A DNA stretch of 64,000 bases from Cladosporium halotolerans. Lineage: Eukaryota. This document shows, in pieces, positions 24,076 to 36,487 of this stretch. Each line of letters starts with the position of its first letter. The stretch's first letter is position 1. The notes under the pieces are model-generated. The model was not told the DNA's origin and made no database searches. It was given only the letters and a program-made list of their open reading frames with translations. Location: assembly GCF_011745625.1 (NCBI RefSeq), contig NW_027191461.1, positions 434,001 to 498,000 on the forward strand, given 5' to 3'. The position numbers were made by a program, and so were the translations under genes.

Positions 24076-24991
24076 TTTTGGTCTTTTGTTTTGCGAGCCT
24101 TGACGCTGGTTTGCGAGTTGAGAGTGTTGAAAGGTCGGATGTGGCGGAACGTCGCCCAGTCTATGCGCTCATCAAAAGAATGCAAACGCTGGCAAAAGTA
24201 TATGTCTGCGAGAGGACCTCGAACGCTCGAATCAAGATCAGAACGGTCTGTATCTGAGGTCTCGAAAAGCTACAAGAGCTGCTGATATCGCCGACGGACA
24301 GTAAGACAGGACAACGAACGTCAGCAAAGCCAAGCCGAGGCCCGCGGCCGGCTCCATCCATCCACCATCCACCAGTTTCCCAAAAGCGAATCTCACACGC
24401 GCCTCAACAGCACGTCTCTACACGCCACATGCAACAAGACATCGCGAGCCGAGCGTGAGCGGTCAGCAATCTGCACAAAACAGCACCAGAACCTCACAAA
24501 GAGAATAGAAAAACATGTGCATGAGTTCATCTCAGTTTCCATCCTCGCTATGTACAAGAACGCTATGAAGGTATCTTTGTGAAAACACACACCAGACCTG
24601 CGACGCACGATCGCTGGCCTTCCCTATGCATGCATTGTCGCTAATGCTTATGCTTATGCTTCCTCCCAACTCGAGCATCTCTCCGCCTTAGCCCATCTTT
24701 ACACCAACCGAAGGGCGCCCGCCCTACTCTCGCGAGCTGCCATGCCTTCTCTAACTTCCCCCACAGATGGAGCCAAACGCAGTCCGGCATCAAAGCGACA
24801 TCGCTCGATAGCAAAAACGCGACAGCGGCCGAGACGGAGTAATTCCTCTCTCCCCCCGCACCTCAAGCGCCGCCTCCTCCCATCCATCGAAACCGGCAGC
24901 GAGGCGCTGATTACCTCGCACACAAAAACAAAAAGGACGATCTCGTGAAAATTCGTAGCCCGCAAGCTCCACCCGGAGCCCCCAGCCTCCC

Positions 24992-26773
24992 TCACCCCTG
25001 GCCCTCGAACTTCTGCATCGGGTTCGAAGTCGGGTACGACCTCGGCGGCGGCGGCTCGTGCTGATACATGGCGAGCGGCGCGGAGACGGGCGCGATGTCG
25101 CCGCCGTACGGCACGGCCGAGCTGACGGGCGGCGGCTGAGGGTGGTAGGGCGCGGAGTCCTGCGGGAAGCCGACGAGGCTGGCGGCGGCGGAGCTGAGCG
25201 GGGGGCTGCCGAAGGGCGTGCTGGCGGTGCTGCTGTGGGCGTGGCCCTGGGAGCCGGCGGAGTCGTAGAGATCCGCGGCGGGCGGGGGCGCCATGGGGAT
25301 GGAGTAGCCGTGGGTGGGCAGCTGGGGCATGGCCTCGTGGACTTTCGCGAGGAGCAGGGGCATGTAGCGCTGCTGGCCGCCGCGCAGGGAGGAGATGAGG
25401 GTCATGAGCTGGTTGAGGTAGTCGCGCGGGCCGTACTCGAAGCTGTGCTGCTCGTAGGGAACGCAGGACATGACGTCGGTGAGCGTGCAGGCGACGTCGA
25501 AGAGCTTCTCGATCAGGCCGATGCCGTGGACCTCCATGGATTGCTGGGAGAAGCCGCTGGTGGCGGCGACGAGGTCGCGGGAGATTTCGATCGGGTAGCG
25601 GAAGGACATTGCGTTTTCGTTGGAGACGGAGGAGAGGTAGCCGTGGCTGATCGAGAGCTGCCAGACCATGGTGCGCAGCCATTGTTGTGAGCAGCGCAGG
25701 TCGACGGCTTGGGTTTCTGTGCTTTGGAGGTAGATGGGCAGGGCTTCTGATAATTGCTGCTGGAGTCTGGCGAGCCATTCGGTAGTGCAACCCGTTCTCG
25801 CCTTATTCCAAAGGCCAACGAATGTATCGTCAAACGGTCTGAACAGGTTGACGAGGTGAATGAAGCCGCTCAGCTCGACGGTTTCCGAGGGATCTTCGTC
25901 CAGACGAGGCGGGTTGATCGTCGATTGAAGAGTCAACGGACGGTGCTGCTGCAGCGCGTACGCACGCTCTGTGACGAAAAGCAGCCAATACAGTCGGCGT
26001 TTCCGCGACGTCTCCACGACGTCTCCGTTCATCTGGTAATGTGACTCCTCGTGCATTCCCATAATCTGTGCGAGAGTCGTGGCTTCCCGGAGATGGAACC
26101 ACGCGGTGTTGTGCTTATCGAGGCAGAAGTAGCTGCCGAACAGGAAAAACGAAGTGATGACCGTCCAGACCGTCGGGTTCTCGACGTAATCGTACCCTTT
26201 CCTCACCCTAAGAGTCTCCTGCAGTAGAAGCTGCCCAAGCTCAAGACTAGGCTGAGGCTGGATCTCCAGATCCTGGAAGGCTCCTGGGGGTAGGTTCATG
26301 TTCGGCTGAATCATCATGTAGGCACATAACGAGACGACAAGGCAGTACGCCTCGACGCTGTTCTCCATCTGGCCAATGGTCTCGCCGACTTTCTGCCTGT
26401 GGATGATGGGCTGCGTGGGGTATATGTTGGCGAAGAAGAACTCGACGCACGACGTGATCATCTCCATGGACAGCAGGCCGGCCTTGCGGAGGTAGGCGGT
26501 GGAGTGAGGAGCCTCGTCGAAGCCATGCTGGGCGGCGGCGGCGAGCTGCGACTGGCGCTGGTTCTCCCGCAGCTCGGAGATGACTTTGGCGCGGCTGCCC
26601 TTGGGACCCTTCTTCTGAGGGATGGCGTTGTAGGTGCAGGTCAAGCCGGCGGAGGTGCAGTTCTTGCACGGCCGGGAGCCGTCGCCGATGCACTTGACTT
26701 TCCTCCGGTGGCAGGCGTCGCAAGCCCTCTTGACGGCGGGCGGGGTGGCGGAGGAGGACGAGGGCTCGGCCAT
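24992..26773 (-). CDS. Zn2Cys6 transcription factor of the COL-26/BglR/AmyR-like group (an in-frame upstream ATG exists at 26857)
   Basis: KRACDACHRRKVKC..PCKNC..LTCTYNAIPQKKGPKGSRAKVISELRE followed by a fungal TF middle homology region (RRLYWLLFVTERAYAL). Confidence 0.85.
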   Translation of the reverse strand: MAEPSSSSATPPAVKRACDACHRRKVKCIGDGSRPCKNCTSAGLTCTYNAIPQKKGPKGSRAKVISELRENQRQSQLAAAAQHGFDEAPHSTAYLRKAGLLSMEMITSCVEFFFANIYPTQPIIHRQKVGETIGQMENSVEAYCLVVSLCAYMMIQPNMNLPPGAFQDLEIQPQPSLELGQLLLQETLRVRKGYDYVENPTVWTVITSFFLFGSYFCLDKHNTAWFHLREATTLAQIMGMHEESHYQMNGDVVETSRKRRLYWLLFVTERAYALQQHRPLTLQSTINPPRLDEDPSETVELSGFIHLVNLFRPFDDTFVGLWNKARTGCTTEWLARLQQQLSEALPIYLQSTETQAVDLRCSQQWLRTMVWQLSISHGYLSSVSNENAMSFRYPIEISRDLVAATSGFSQQSMEVHGIGLIEKLFDVACTLTDVMSCVPYEQHSFEYGPRDYLNQLMTLISSLRGGQQRYMPLLLAKVHEAMPQLPTHGYSIPMAPPPAADLYDSAGSQGHAHSSTASTPFGSPPLSSAAASLVGFPQDSAPYHPQPPPVSSAVPYGGDIAPVSAPLAMYQHEPPPPRSYPTSNPMQKFEGQG

Positions 26774-27067
26774 GTTGGTCGGCGAGCGTCGTATGCCTCT
26801 GGGAGAGGCGACCTCGAGAGGACCCGAGGACAGGTTGGACAGCAACATTTTAGCCATGCGGTTCTCCGCCGGCGGATTGTCGAAGGCGTCCGTGCGTCGA
26901 TGCTATGCAGCAACGGTTGGAGGCTGCAGGGCCGCAGGGTGGGCGTCAGAGGAAACGGGTGGTGTGTGGAAGAGGGCTAGAAGCAGCAGGGAAGAAGGCA
27001 AAAGGCAGGGCTGGGAGGATTGGCATGCGCGAGAAGGGCCGGCGAAGGCAAAGAGAGAGTGTGGCTT

Positions 27068-27094
27068 GCAGCAGCAGCAGCAGCAGCAGCAGCA
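27068..27094 (+). repeat. (GCA)9 trinucleotide microsatellite in the upstream/5' leader region of the Zn2Cys6 gene
   Basis: Nine perfect GCA units read directly. Confidence 0.95.
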
Positions 27095-29060
27095 CGGCGC
27101 GCGAGCAGCACGCGGGCAGCGAGTGGTGACTGGTGAGTGGTGACTGGGCAGCAGAGGGATGGCGTGGATGGACGGCGCGGGAGGGAAGCAGACGGGAGGG
27201 CAGTTGGGTGGCCGCCGTGACGGCCTCCCAACGACGCAGAGGCCCACCTACCGTGGATGGAGGCGCGAGAGGCAGCGCGCGAGGCGAGGCGAGGCGTGTT
27301 GCCAGGCACGCAGCGAAACTCAGCGCGCCGATGAACTCGTTGGGCCCGCAGGATGGCGTGGACGGGGTGAGCGGGCGCATGCGACAGGGCGCGAGCCACG
27401 GATGGCCGGCGATGACGAGCAGCGCGCGCCAGCATGCGGCGCCGGCGTGGGCCTTAGGCGCAAACTCAGACTTGTTGGCCGACGCTTGCGGCGTGAGGTG
27501 GTGACTGGTGGTGAGCACGCCAGCCCTACCCGCCTGCGCTAAGCCGTGCCGCAGCAGACGCCCGCCGAGATGGCGCGAAAATTCGGCCGGAGTCCGTGCG
27601 CCCTCCGGCTATCCGCAGCTGACGCACGCAGCCCGTACCCGGTCACGTGCCGCACGCTCTGCTGACACTCTGCGCTCGCTCTGCGCGCCTCAGCCTCGCG
27701 GCCCGGCGCAGAGTCTGTCTGTCTGTCTGCGGCGTCTGCAGCAGCCGGTGGGCTCGAGCCTTACCTGATCCGCCGGCGTGCAGCAGGCCGGTCGCCGCTC
27801 CGCCAAGCGCGCAAAAGACGAGACGCTCAACGCGCGCAAGCCCTCGCTCACCGAGAGCGTTGAAACGGGGCCGCGGCGCACTGTGCGCAGCGCGCGGCCC
27901 AGCACAGCAAGGCGTGGCGAGCTGCGAAGACGGACATGCTCGATGTGGTGCGCGAGCAGCGGGAGGCCCAGCGAGAGCAAAGGCGCGCCGCCGCTCACCG
28001 CTCGCCGTCGATGATGATGATGCCTTCGATCGCGCGGCTCCCGGCGGCCGCAGCGCAGCGCAGCCCGGTGCTGGTGAGCTCCATCGCCGCCGCGGGCTGG
28101 TTGGCTGCTGAGCCTGCTGGTGCTGGCGCTGAGTCGACCATGTCGATTTCGTCCGAGGGAGACCGACCGAGTATCCGCCGGGCGGCGGGCAGCGCAGCTG
28201 AGGCAGAGAGGACCTCGAGGGCTGTGGGCGTGGCAGAGGGGGCGGAAAGGTGCATTCGCTTCAGCGTCGAGGGGAGGGCGTCGCGGCGGAGGGCGAGCAA
28301 CCACTTCTTATATTCTTCCGCGCGACGGCTAAAGGCCTGCCTCGGCGCATTAGCCAGCGAATGAAGCCGTCGCCAGCGTGGAGTGCCATCGGCATCGGGA
28401 CCACTCACGAAAACCAGCAGTGCAATGTCGCACCGCAGGCCCGGTGGGCGTGTGAAGGCCGTGGGTGGCAGCCCTCCGCGGCAGGTTCCCCAGGCGCTCG
28501 AGTCAGGCTGCGCATCTCCACAGTGCGCCCGGAACTCGGCGAGAATTGGTCGAGAACCAAGGCTCTGGACGGCCGTGATTCGACGGGGAGCAAGTGTTGT
28601 CAGCCTCGCTCACGTGGCGAACGCTTCCGACATGCAGAGCGTAGATCTGGCTTGCTTCTCTGGTAATTTTGCACAGCGTATCCGTTCACTTGGGAAGCGC
28701 TCGCCTCGTCTGAGAAGCTCGCGCAAGCATCAGCCAAGACGGAAGGAAAATCACATACCAAGCAGATGCACTATCTTTCTCGCTACTTCCCTTTTACCCC
28801 GTCATTTCACCCCCGGCAAAACCACACGGCTATTGAGCGAGTGATCCCAATCGGTCCGCAGCCCAGGCCCATTCTCGCCCTCCCTCGTCATCGTCACCGG
28901 GAACTAGGCACGTGTGAGTGGCGCCCACACGTCGCCCGCCCGCCCGCTCGCCCTCCTCCACAACCCAAGCCTCGCCCACATGCCTTCTCCGCAGTCTCGC
29001 CAAGCATCTGTTACCTCAAAGAAACCGCGTCCGCCTCCCTTCAATCGCCGACCTGGCCGT

Positions 29061-29748
29061 CTACGAGTTGCCGAGGGGGTTTTCGTCGGCCTGCAGGATG
29101 CCCTCGCGGATCAGGTCGTCCGGTTTCGGCCGATTCTGGAGCTGCTTCTCCAGGCTGTCGGCGCGCATGTGCTTCTCGAGGTCCTTCTGGTGGCCCTGCA
29201 GGGCCGGCGCGGCCGTGCTGTCGGGGAGGATGTTGCCTGTGTGGACGTTTGTCGTTAGCATTGGTCTGAGGTGCTTTTTCGTCCTGTCGTCATTGCTCCG
29301 CGGTAGGTCCTTCTCTTTTCCGGCTCGTCCACATGGTACCGTAGACTAAGACCCTGGCGCCGTTCTCAAATCAAGGAAACCATGCATGCATGCATGCGGT
29401 AGCTCCCCCTTTCCACCCCCATAAACCAACTCCCTCCCCTTCCCTCAAAAAACAAGACTCGAAAAAGAAAAAAAACTCACGCTCAACCAACTCCCCCCTC
29501 TCCATCCTCCTGCTCAGGCCCTTCTTCAAGTTGTCCGTGTTGCGCTGCCTCTCCAGCTCCGCCTGCTTGGCCTGCAGCGCCGGCGCGGCCGCCGTGTCCA
29601 GCAGGATGTGGCGGTTCTTGAGGTCCTCGGCGTCCGGGCGCGTCTGCAAGTGCTTTTCCAGGCTGTTGCGGCGCTCGACGGGGGAGATGGGGGAGGCGTC
29701 GACGCCGTCGCTGGCGGAGGTCGGGAGGGAGGGGGTGCGGTCGGCCAT
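29061..29748 (-). CDS. Small RPEL-repeat protein; exons 29748-29481, 29236-29061
   Basis: Three RPEL-like repeats: LEKHLQTRPDAEDLKNRHIL, LKKGLSRRMERGELVERNIL, LEKQLQNRPKPDDLIREGIL. A 244-nt intron with GTGAGT/GCTAAC/CAG keeps the frame. Confidence 0.85.
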
Positions 29749-30555
29749 GGTTGGGGTTGGCGGTGGGTGGGTGGGGTGACGGTGGGTGGGGTTGGTGATG
29801 GTTGTGGTGGTGGGATGTGTAGGTGATGGGTGTTTGTGGAGTATGAAGGGATGTGAGGCGGGCGGTGAAGAGCAGGCAAGGTAAGGTGTGTGTGAAGCTT
29901 CAAGAGCTGAGGTAGCTCGCGGCGGTCTGCGGCAGCGATGGTATGTAAGGTACCTACCTACCTGCCTGTTGCCCAGCGCACCCAAGCTCAAGCTCCCTGA
30001 CGAAAGCGCGTGTCGATCCACGAACGCCGCAAGTCTGCGAGTCTCAGAGCCGGGTGAAACGCGTACGTGTGCGTCGTTGCGGGCGTGACGAAATTGGCAC
30101 GGGCGCTCTGCTACCCGTGAGACAAGCAAGCGTGAGGCCACGCCAGGCGAGCGATGCGCATTTCTCTTCATCCGTTGCGGCCAAAATTGTCTTGCGATGC
30201 TGTTTCCCATGCAACGCTGCGATGCCCAAAAGCAAGGCAAAGCAAGCTCGAACCCTTGCGGGTGACGCGCGGGGCGACCCCGCAGTCGTCGCGAGGGCCA
30301 GGCCTGGTGTAAGCGTGGTGGCCTCAGGCTTGCAGCGCATGTGCCGATTGATGCCTGACCAGCCCAGGTTGGCAGGCAATAAGAAAAGCAATGAGATATT
30401 TCACATGATACGAGCAGGCAAATACGAATCGGGGTGCCAATCGTGGCTTCAATCCCGTCGACACTTTCATTCAATTATTTAGGCACGCCAGGCTTCGGCG
30501 GCCGATCTTCTCGCACCTGCTTCTCTCCCTCATTCACTTGAAATTCACTTGAAGT

Positions 30556-32862
<2,307 letters not shown>

Positions 32863-33516
32863 CTATCGTGAGCGCAGAAGGACCGCGAGTTCAGTGTAGG
32901 TCCAGGCACCCGACGAAGCAGACCACGAGAGTCGGGGAAGAAATGCGCAAGCTTGAAAGTGGATGATGTTGTCGAAGCAGACGTTGCGCCACAAGCAGTG
33001 ATGAAGCCTTGAATTTTCCAGAGAGGTAAGTCGCGCGGGATCAGGGTCCAACGTAGATCTGACGAGGCAGGCGCGGCAGGCACGGCAGGCGCCTCCAGCG
33101 GCGGGGGGCTTGGGGTTACTAGGGTACGCCGTTAGGGTAGTGCGGGTTTTATCTTCTTGCCCGATTCCGTTCTCGGTTCTTCATTTCGCACTTGGGTCAC
33201 AAATAGTACATTGGTTGCGAATGCCTCGTGTCTAACTAAGTTATCCAGTCAAGCCAGTGCCTCGTTGTTTTTCATAATTGCGATTTGCGGACATCTAATT
33301 GGCTGTGTCAAGCCGGCGTCGATGCATTACATGAAGCTACTCACTTCAACATTGCACCACCCACATGTCAACACCATTGGTCTCGAATGTACTGGCGCAC
33401 TCTCGATACACTCTCACCAGGCCTGATCCTAGCTCACAGCCGAGTCGTTTCACGATCTTGCGATCAATCATGCCAATCATTCCATCCACATTCATCAGAC
33501 AACAGCTTCCAATCTC

Positions 33517-33837
33517 TCAAAAGAACTTCGTATCCTTCAGAGCCTTCCACCCCTCCCCCTTCCACTTCAATTCAAGAATCTCGTCCCAAAGCCTGCTCAT
33601 CAAGTCTTCCTGATCGCTGAGCTTCATCCTCTCGAGTCTTGCGGTGGCATGATCAACTTCCTGCTTTGCCGACAGCCGGCAGCGTCGACGTTTGAGGGTC
33701 GCCTCTACCGGAGAAGAGACCTGCGAGACTTTCCGTTTCGGATTGGTGTCGGTCGTATTGGATAGGTTGATTGGCAGGCGAACGATTAGCTTAGAGGCTG
33801 ACGACTCCCCTGCTTCAGAGTCTTGCTTGGATGACAT
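33517..33837 (-). CDS. Possible small orphan protein (about 106 aa, basic NLS-like KRK/KRRR)
   Basis: ORF MSSKQDSEAG...KDTKFF* between TRM2 and PRP43; no recognisable domain. Confidence 0.3.
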   Translation of the reverse strand: MSSKQDSEAGESSASKLIVRLPINLSNTTDTNPKRKVSQVSSPVEATLKRRRCRLSAKQEVDHATARLERMKLSDQEDLMSRLWDEILELKWKGEGWKALKDTKFF

Positions 33838-34120
33838 TGCTTGATTGGACTTCTTGAAGTTCCGAGTATTTGTTGTTGTTGCGATCACGATCGATGAGCT
33901 TGGTTGGCCTCTGAGCGGCTCACCGAGAAAGAGTTGTTGTCTAGATTGCAAGTTTGAGGGAAGTTCCTGGACAGGTCATGTGCGAATTGCTGACGCGAAC
34001 CTCATTCACTGAACGCCATGCAATATTGAATACTAGTGAAAAGTTACACTGAGATTGTTGGGCGTTTCACGACAGCAGCCGATGTATTTTCTATGGTAAC
34101 CTCCTCTAAGCCTACGAAGA

Positions 34121-35845
34121 CTATGTAGCGTTTTCCTTGGCCGTGGGCGCGGCGCTCTCGCTCTGATCTTCATTGCTCGCGGCTGTCACTTCTCCCTCTT
34201 TGCTGGCGGGTTCAGCGCTAACATCTTTGTCCACACGCTTAAGAAACGCCACACCCTCGACATGGCTGGTTTGAGGGAAGAAATCAAAACCACGAATGCT
34301 CTCAATCTCGTACATGCCTTGCCTCTCGCCGAGTCCACCGACCAGCCAGCCGACATCTCTGGCCTGAGTGTGCACGTTGCAGCTGACGTAGCACAGCCGC
34401 TTAGGGCCGTAGTCCATCAATTGCGAAATGAAACCCTCGTCACAGCCTTTCCTAGGCGGGTCGATGACCACAGCTGTCTCATCAGCCGGGAACTTAGACC
34501 TATCAAAAGCGTCGAAGAGAGCATTCGCGTCTCCTGCAATGAAGCGAACAGAGTCTTTGGGTAAGTTGTTGAGACTGGCGTTCTTGCTGGCGAAGTCGAT
34601 TGACTGGTGACTGATGTCAATGCCGACTGATTGCTTGAACATCGATGACAGGGTAATCGTAAAGAATCCAGATCCGCAGTAGGCATCGATCATGTTCTTG
34701 ATGGGTGATTCTGAGCCAGCGTCAGGCCCGAGAATGTTTTCGCGGATGTACTGAGTAACGAGAGGCAAGATCGAGTTGTTGTTCTGGAAGAATGCGCCAG
34801 CGGGGTTGTCGAGACGGTAGTCGTCGATGTACTCCGTGGATATGGCCCTTTGGTCGGTGATGCAAGTCTTGCGGTGCAGGAAATCGCCCCGGTCTTCAAC
34901 GACAACATCGTCTCCATTCTCTGTATCCTTCTTCTCCGCCTGTGTATCATCTTTCTTCACTCTTTCAGTGTTCTCTCTCAACAAAAGCGTTGCACCACGC
35001 TGGTACTGATCAATGTTCTCCGCCACCCGCTTTCTTTCTCTCTTGTTCCCACGTCTGACAGCGTCCGTTCCAATCGGGCAATCTTCAATGTCCAATGTCT
35101 TTCTTGTGCCCTTCAGCATAAATCCAATGGGTGGTACCTCATCCCAGGTGGGCTTCTCGCCCTTTCGACGGGACTGGCGACCTCCAGGAGGCCCGTCGAA
35201 GTGAGGTGTGAGTTTCGTTCGGTAGCCGTAGATGAGAGGCGAACCGCAGGTGTCTCGCACGCTAGGTACAGCGGAAGCAGGTAACTTGGAGAAGTTTTGG
35301 TAAGCCCTCTCGACAACCGTTCGCTTATGTGCGAGCTGGTAGGCGTAGGGCAAGTGCTGGAACTGGCAGCCAGAGCATTTGGTGAAGTATCCGCAGCCTG
35401 GCTTCTCCGTCCTGTGTTCGCCGGCTTGAACTACTTTGACAAAGTCGGCGAGAGCATAACCCTGATCAGAATTGTTCTTGTACACTTTCGCAGTCACAGT
35501 GTCGCCGGGGACAGCGAATGGAACCACAATCACAGATCCATCCTTGTGCGCCAAACCGTCGCCGGTAGAAGAAAGCTCAGAGATGTTCACATCGATCTCA
35601 GTCTGCTCTTGCGGTTCCACCTTCTGCCCTTCTGATGAATTTGTAGTTTTCAACAGACGCCTGACGTCTGCCAGAAGTACATCCTCGTTGGATCCATCGC
35701 TAACGGTTGTGGTCTTCTGCTTCTTGTTCTTCTTGAAATGGCGCTTGCCTTCGTTGAACGCACGCTTCTGCGCCATGATTGCGGCAAAGCGAGAGGAAAG
35801 CAGGCTCGTTGGTGCTCGAAACGCGCAGCGCCGAAATGGTAGCAT
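34121..35845 (-). CDS. TRM2: tRNA (uracil-54 C5)-methyltransferase Trm2; alternative start at 35776
   Basis: TRAM domain (ISELSSTGDGLA..VPFAVPGD), CGYFTKCSGCQFQH, YGYRTKLTPHF, FFQNN, IDAYCGSGFF, VIDPPRKG, YVSCN, FDFFPQTSHVE. Confidence 0.93.
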   Translation of the reverse strand: MLPFRRCAFRAPTSLLSSRFAAIMAQKRAFNEGKRHFKKNKKQKTTTVSDGSNEDVLLADVRRLLKTTNSSEGQKVEPQEQTEIDVNISELSSTGDGLAHKDGSVIVVPFAVPGDTVTAKVYKNNSDQGYALADFVKVVQAGEHRTEKPGCGYFTKCSGCQFQHLPYAYQLAHKRTVVERAYQNFSKLPASAVPSVRDTCGSPLIYGYRTKLTPHFDGPPGGRQSRRKGEKPTWDEVPPIGFMLKGTRKTLDIEDCPIGTDAVRRGNKRERKRVAENIDQYQRGATLLLRENTERVKKDDTQAEKKDTENGDDVVVEDRGDFLHRKTCITDQRAISTEYIDDYRLDNPAGAFFQNNNSILPLVTQYIRENILGPDAGSESPIKNMIDAYCGSGFFTITLSSMFKQSVGIDISHQSIDFASKNASLNNLPKDSVRFIAGDANALFDAFDRSKFPADETAVVIDPPRKGCDEGFISQLMDYGPKRLCYVSCNVHTQARDVGWLVGGLGERQGMYEIESIRGFDFFPQTSHVEGVAFLKRVDKDVSAEPASKEGEVTAASNEDQSESAAPTAKENAT

Positions 35846-36487
35846 CGATCTTGAAATGGACCTCGCTTGGACTTTTTTAGTCGCAGCTATCATGTGAAAA
35901 TGCTCGTTGGAGTAAGCTGAATTCTGAGATGTACCGAGACCGTGATTCCGGCTACGGCGCAACGTCTATTCTAGCAGCCCCTCCCGCACGCCCTACCTTA
36001 CTCATCACACACGAAACAAAGAGAGAGATCGGTTCGCTTGAGTCAGAAATTCCGGAATGCATCAACTCAAAAGTGGAAGGTCGCTACAACACTACTTGCA
36101 CTTCTTTTGCGAGAGATAAGATTCAAGATCAACCTCGGAAGCATCGCAGCTAGGTATACCGCCTTCCATACGGCTTATCATATTGAAAGACTCAAGGAGT
36201 AACTTGATCGTCGTTAATTCACGGCCAAGGAGTTGCCGAGACATACCTGTTACTCTAGCTGCCTATTTCGGTCTCGCCGCCAAGCTGACCTACATGAAAA
36301 CACAACTTCCCCTCAATGCCGTGATACTATATCAAATGACGCAGCGGAAAAAGCCAGTCTACAACGTCACACGCACTTGGCGACGGAAGAGCTATCATGG
36401 CGTTCAGTAGTTAAACCAAGCGAACCGTCTGTTTCTAATCGCAAGATCTCCCAGCAACCTCAAGTGAGCACTCAGAAATCGGTAAAC

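Noticed and set aside
29749..30474. 367-aa ORF 29371-30474 as a single long protein
   Set aside because: Only the part from ATG 29748 is RPEL-like; the upstream part is promoter/UTR sequence and the downstream part reads into the intron.
33112..33137. TTAGGG-like motifs upstream of PRP43 as an interstitial telomere
   Set aside because: Only one exact and one degenerate unit, not tandem.
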